A stretch of 64,000 nucleotides of DNA from Octopus sinensis (Eukaryota). Shown in pieces: positions 63,305 through 64,000 of the stretch. The notes beneath the pieces were generated by a model. It had not been told where the DNA came from, did no database searches, and was given only the letters and a program-made list of their open reading frames with translations. The DNA lies in assembly GCF_006345805.1 (NCBI RefSeq), contig NC_043014.1:43834001-43898000 (forward strand). The letters are read 5' to 3'. Within the stretch, counting starts at the first letter, position 1. Every line of letters begins with the position of its first letter. Both the position numbers and the translations under genes were made by a program.

Positions 63305-63943
63305 AGGTGGCAAGCTGAGAGAAATGGTAGCACACCAGGCAAAATGCTTAGCGGTATTTCGTCTGTCTTTACGTTCTGAGTTCAAATTCCACCAAGGTTG
63401 ACTTTGCGTTTCATCCCTTCAGGGTCAATAAATTAAGTACCAGATGCATACTGACTCCCCAAAATTTTCAGCCTTGTGCCTAGTGTAGAAAAGAACATTT
63501 ATTTACAGATAAGGCAGTGAGGTGGCAGAAATGTTAGCATGCAGTGGTATCTTGTCTGTCGTTACGTTCTGAGTTCAAATTCTGCTGAAGTCAACTTTGC
63601 TTTTCATCCTTTTGGGGGGTCAATAAATTAAGTACCAGTTGCGTACTAAGGTTGATCTAATCGACTGGCCCCCTCCCCAAAAATTTCGGGCCTTCTGCCT
63701 AGTGTAGAAAAGAATATTTATTTACAGATAAGGCTGGCAGAAATGTTAGCATGCAGGACGAAATGCTTAGCAGTATTTCATCTGTCTTTACATTCTGAGT
63801 TCAAATTCCGCCGAGGTCAACTTTGCCTTTCAGACTTTCAGGGTTGATAAATCAAGTACCAGTTGCATACTGGAGTCTTTCTAATCAACTGCTCCCCCCT
63901 CTCCCCCAAAATTTCAGGCCTTGTGCCTAGAGTAGAAAAGAAA
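63305..63943 (+). mobile_element. Trimer of SINE family B
   Basis: Three tandem B units flanked by ATAGT(T/C)AAAGCTAA (63291-63304, 63944-63957). Confidence 0.85.
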
Positions 63944-63972
63944 ATAGTCAAAGCTAATGTTCACATGTTTAA

Positions 63973-64000
63973 CCCTTTCTTTACTGTATTTATTTTGAGA
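63973..64000. mobile_element. Start of a piggyBac-like MITE, cut by the window end
   Basis: TTAA followed by CCCTTTC...TTTTGAGA, matching the reverse complement of the right end of 34284-34506. Confidence 0.6.

Overview
A repeat-saturated eukaryotic (metazoan) window with no host protein-coding gene that I can confidently support. The mix of tRNA-headed SINEs, RTE LINE 3' ends and dense microsatellites points to a coleoid cephalopod, most likely Octopus (inference; not database-checked). Main contents: (1) a nearly full-length but frameshifted RTE-clade LINE (51566-55325; APE + RT with an embedded C4HC3 PHD-like finger) whose structured 3' UTR recurs as about 10 truncated copies across the window; (2) several tRNA-derived SINE families, labelled A, B, C and E here as working names, some with clear TSDs; family C has one head joined to four different tails, and a dimer (C) and a trimer (B) each sit inside a single TSD; (3) relics of R4/Dong-type LINEs sitting in (TAA)n tracts; (4) Penelope-like relics carrying minimal hammerhead-ribozyme motifs; (5) DNA transposons: a Tigger/pogo deletion derivative, piggyBac-like TTAA MITEs and a non-autonomous Helitron, two of them nested in R4 relics; (6) local duplications, mini- and microsatellites, and a perfect 4-unit heat-shock element beside a CpG-retaining unique patch. 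Most ORFs in the supplied track are microsatellite or SINE artefacts. No CRISPR array, rRNA or intact tRNA gene was seen. Boundaries lacking a TSD or TIR are approximate (about +/-10-20 bp).
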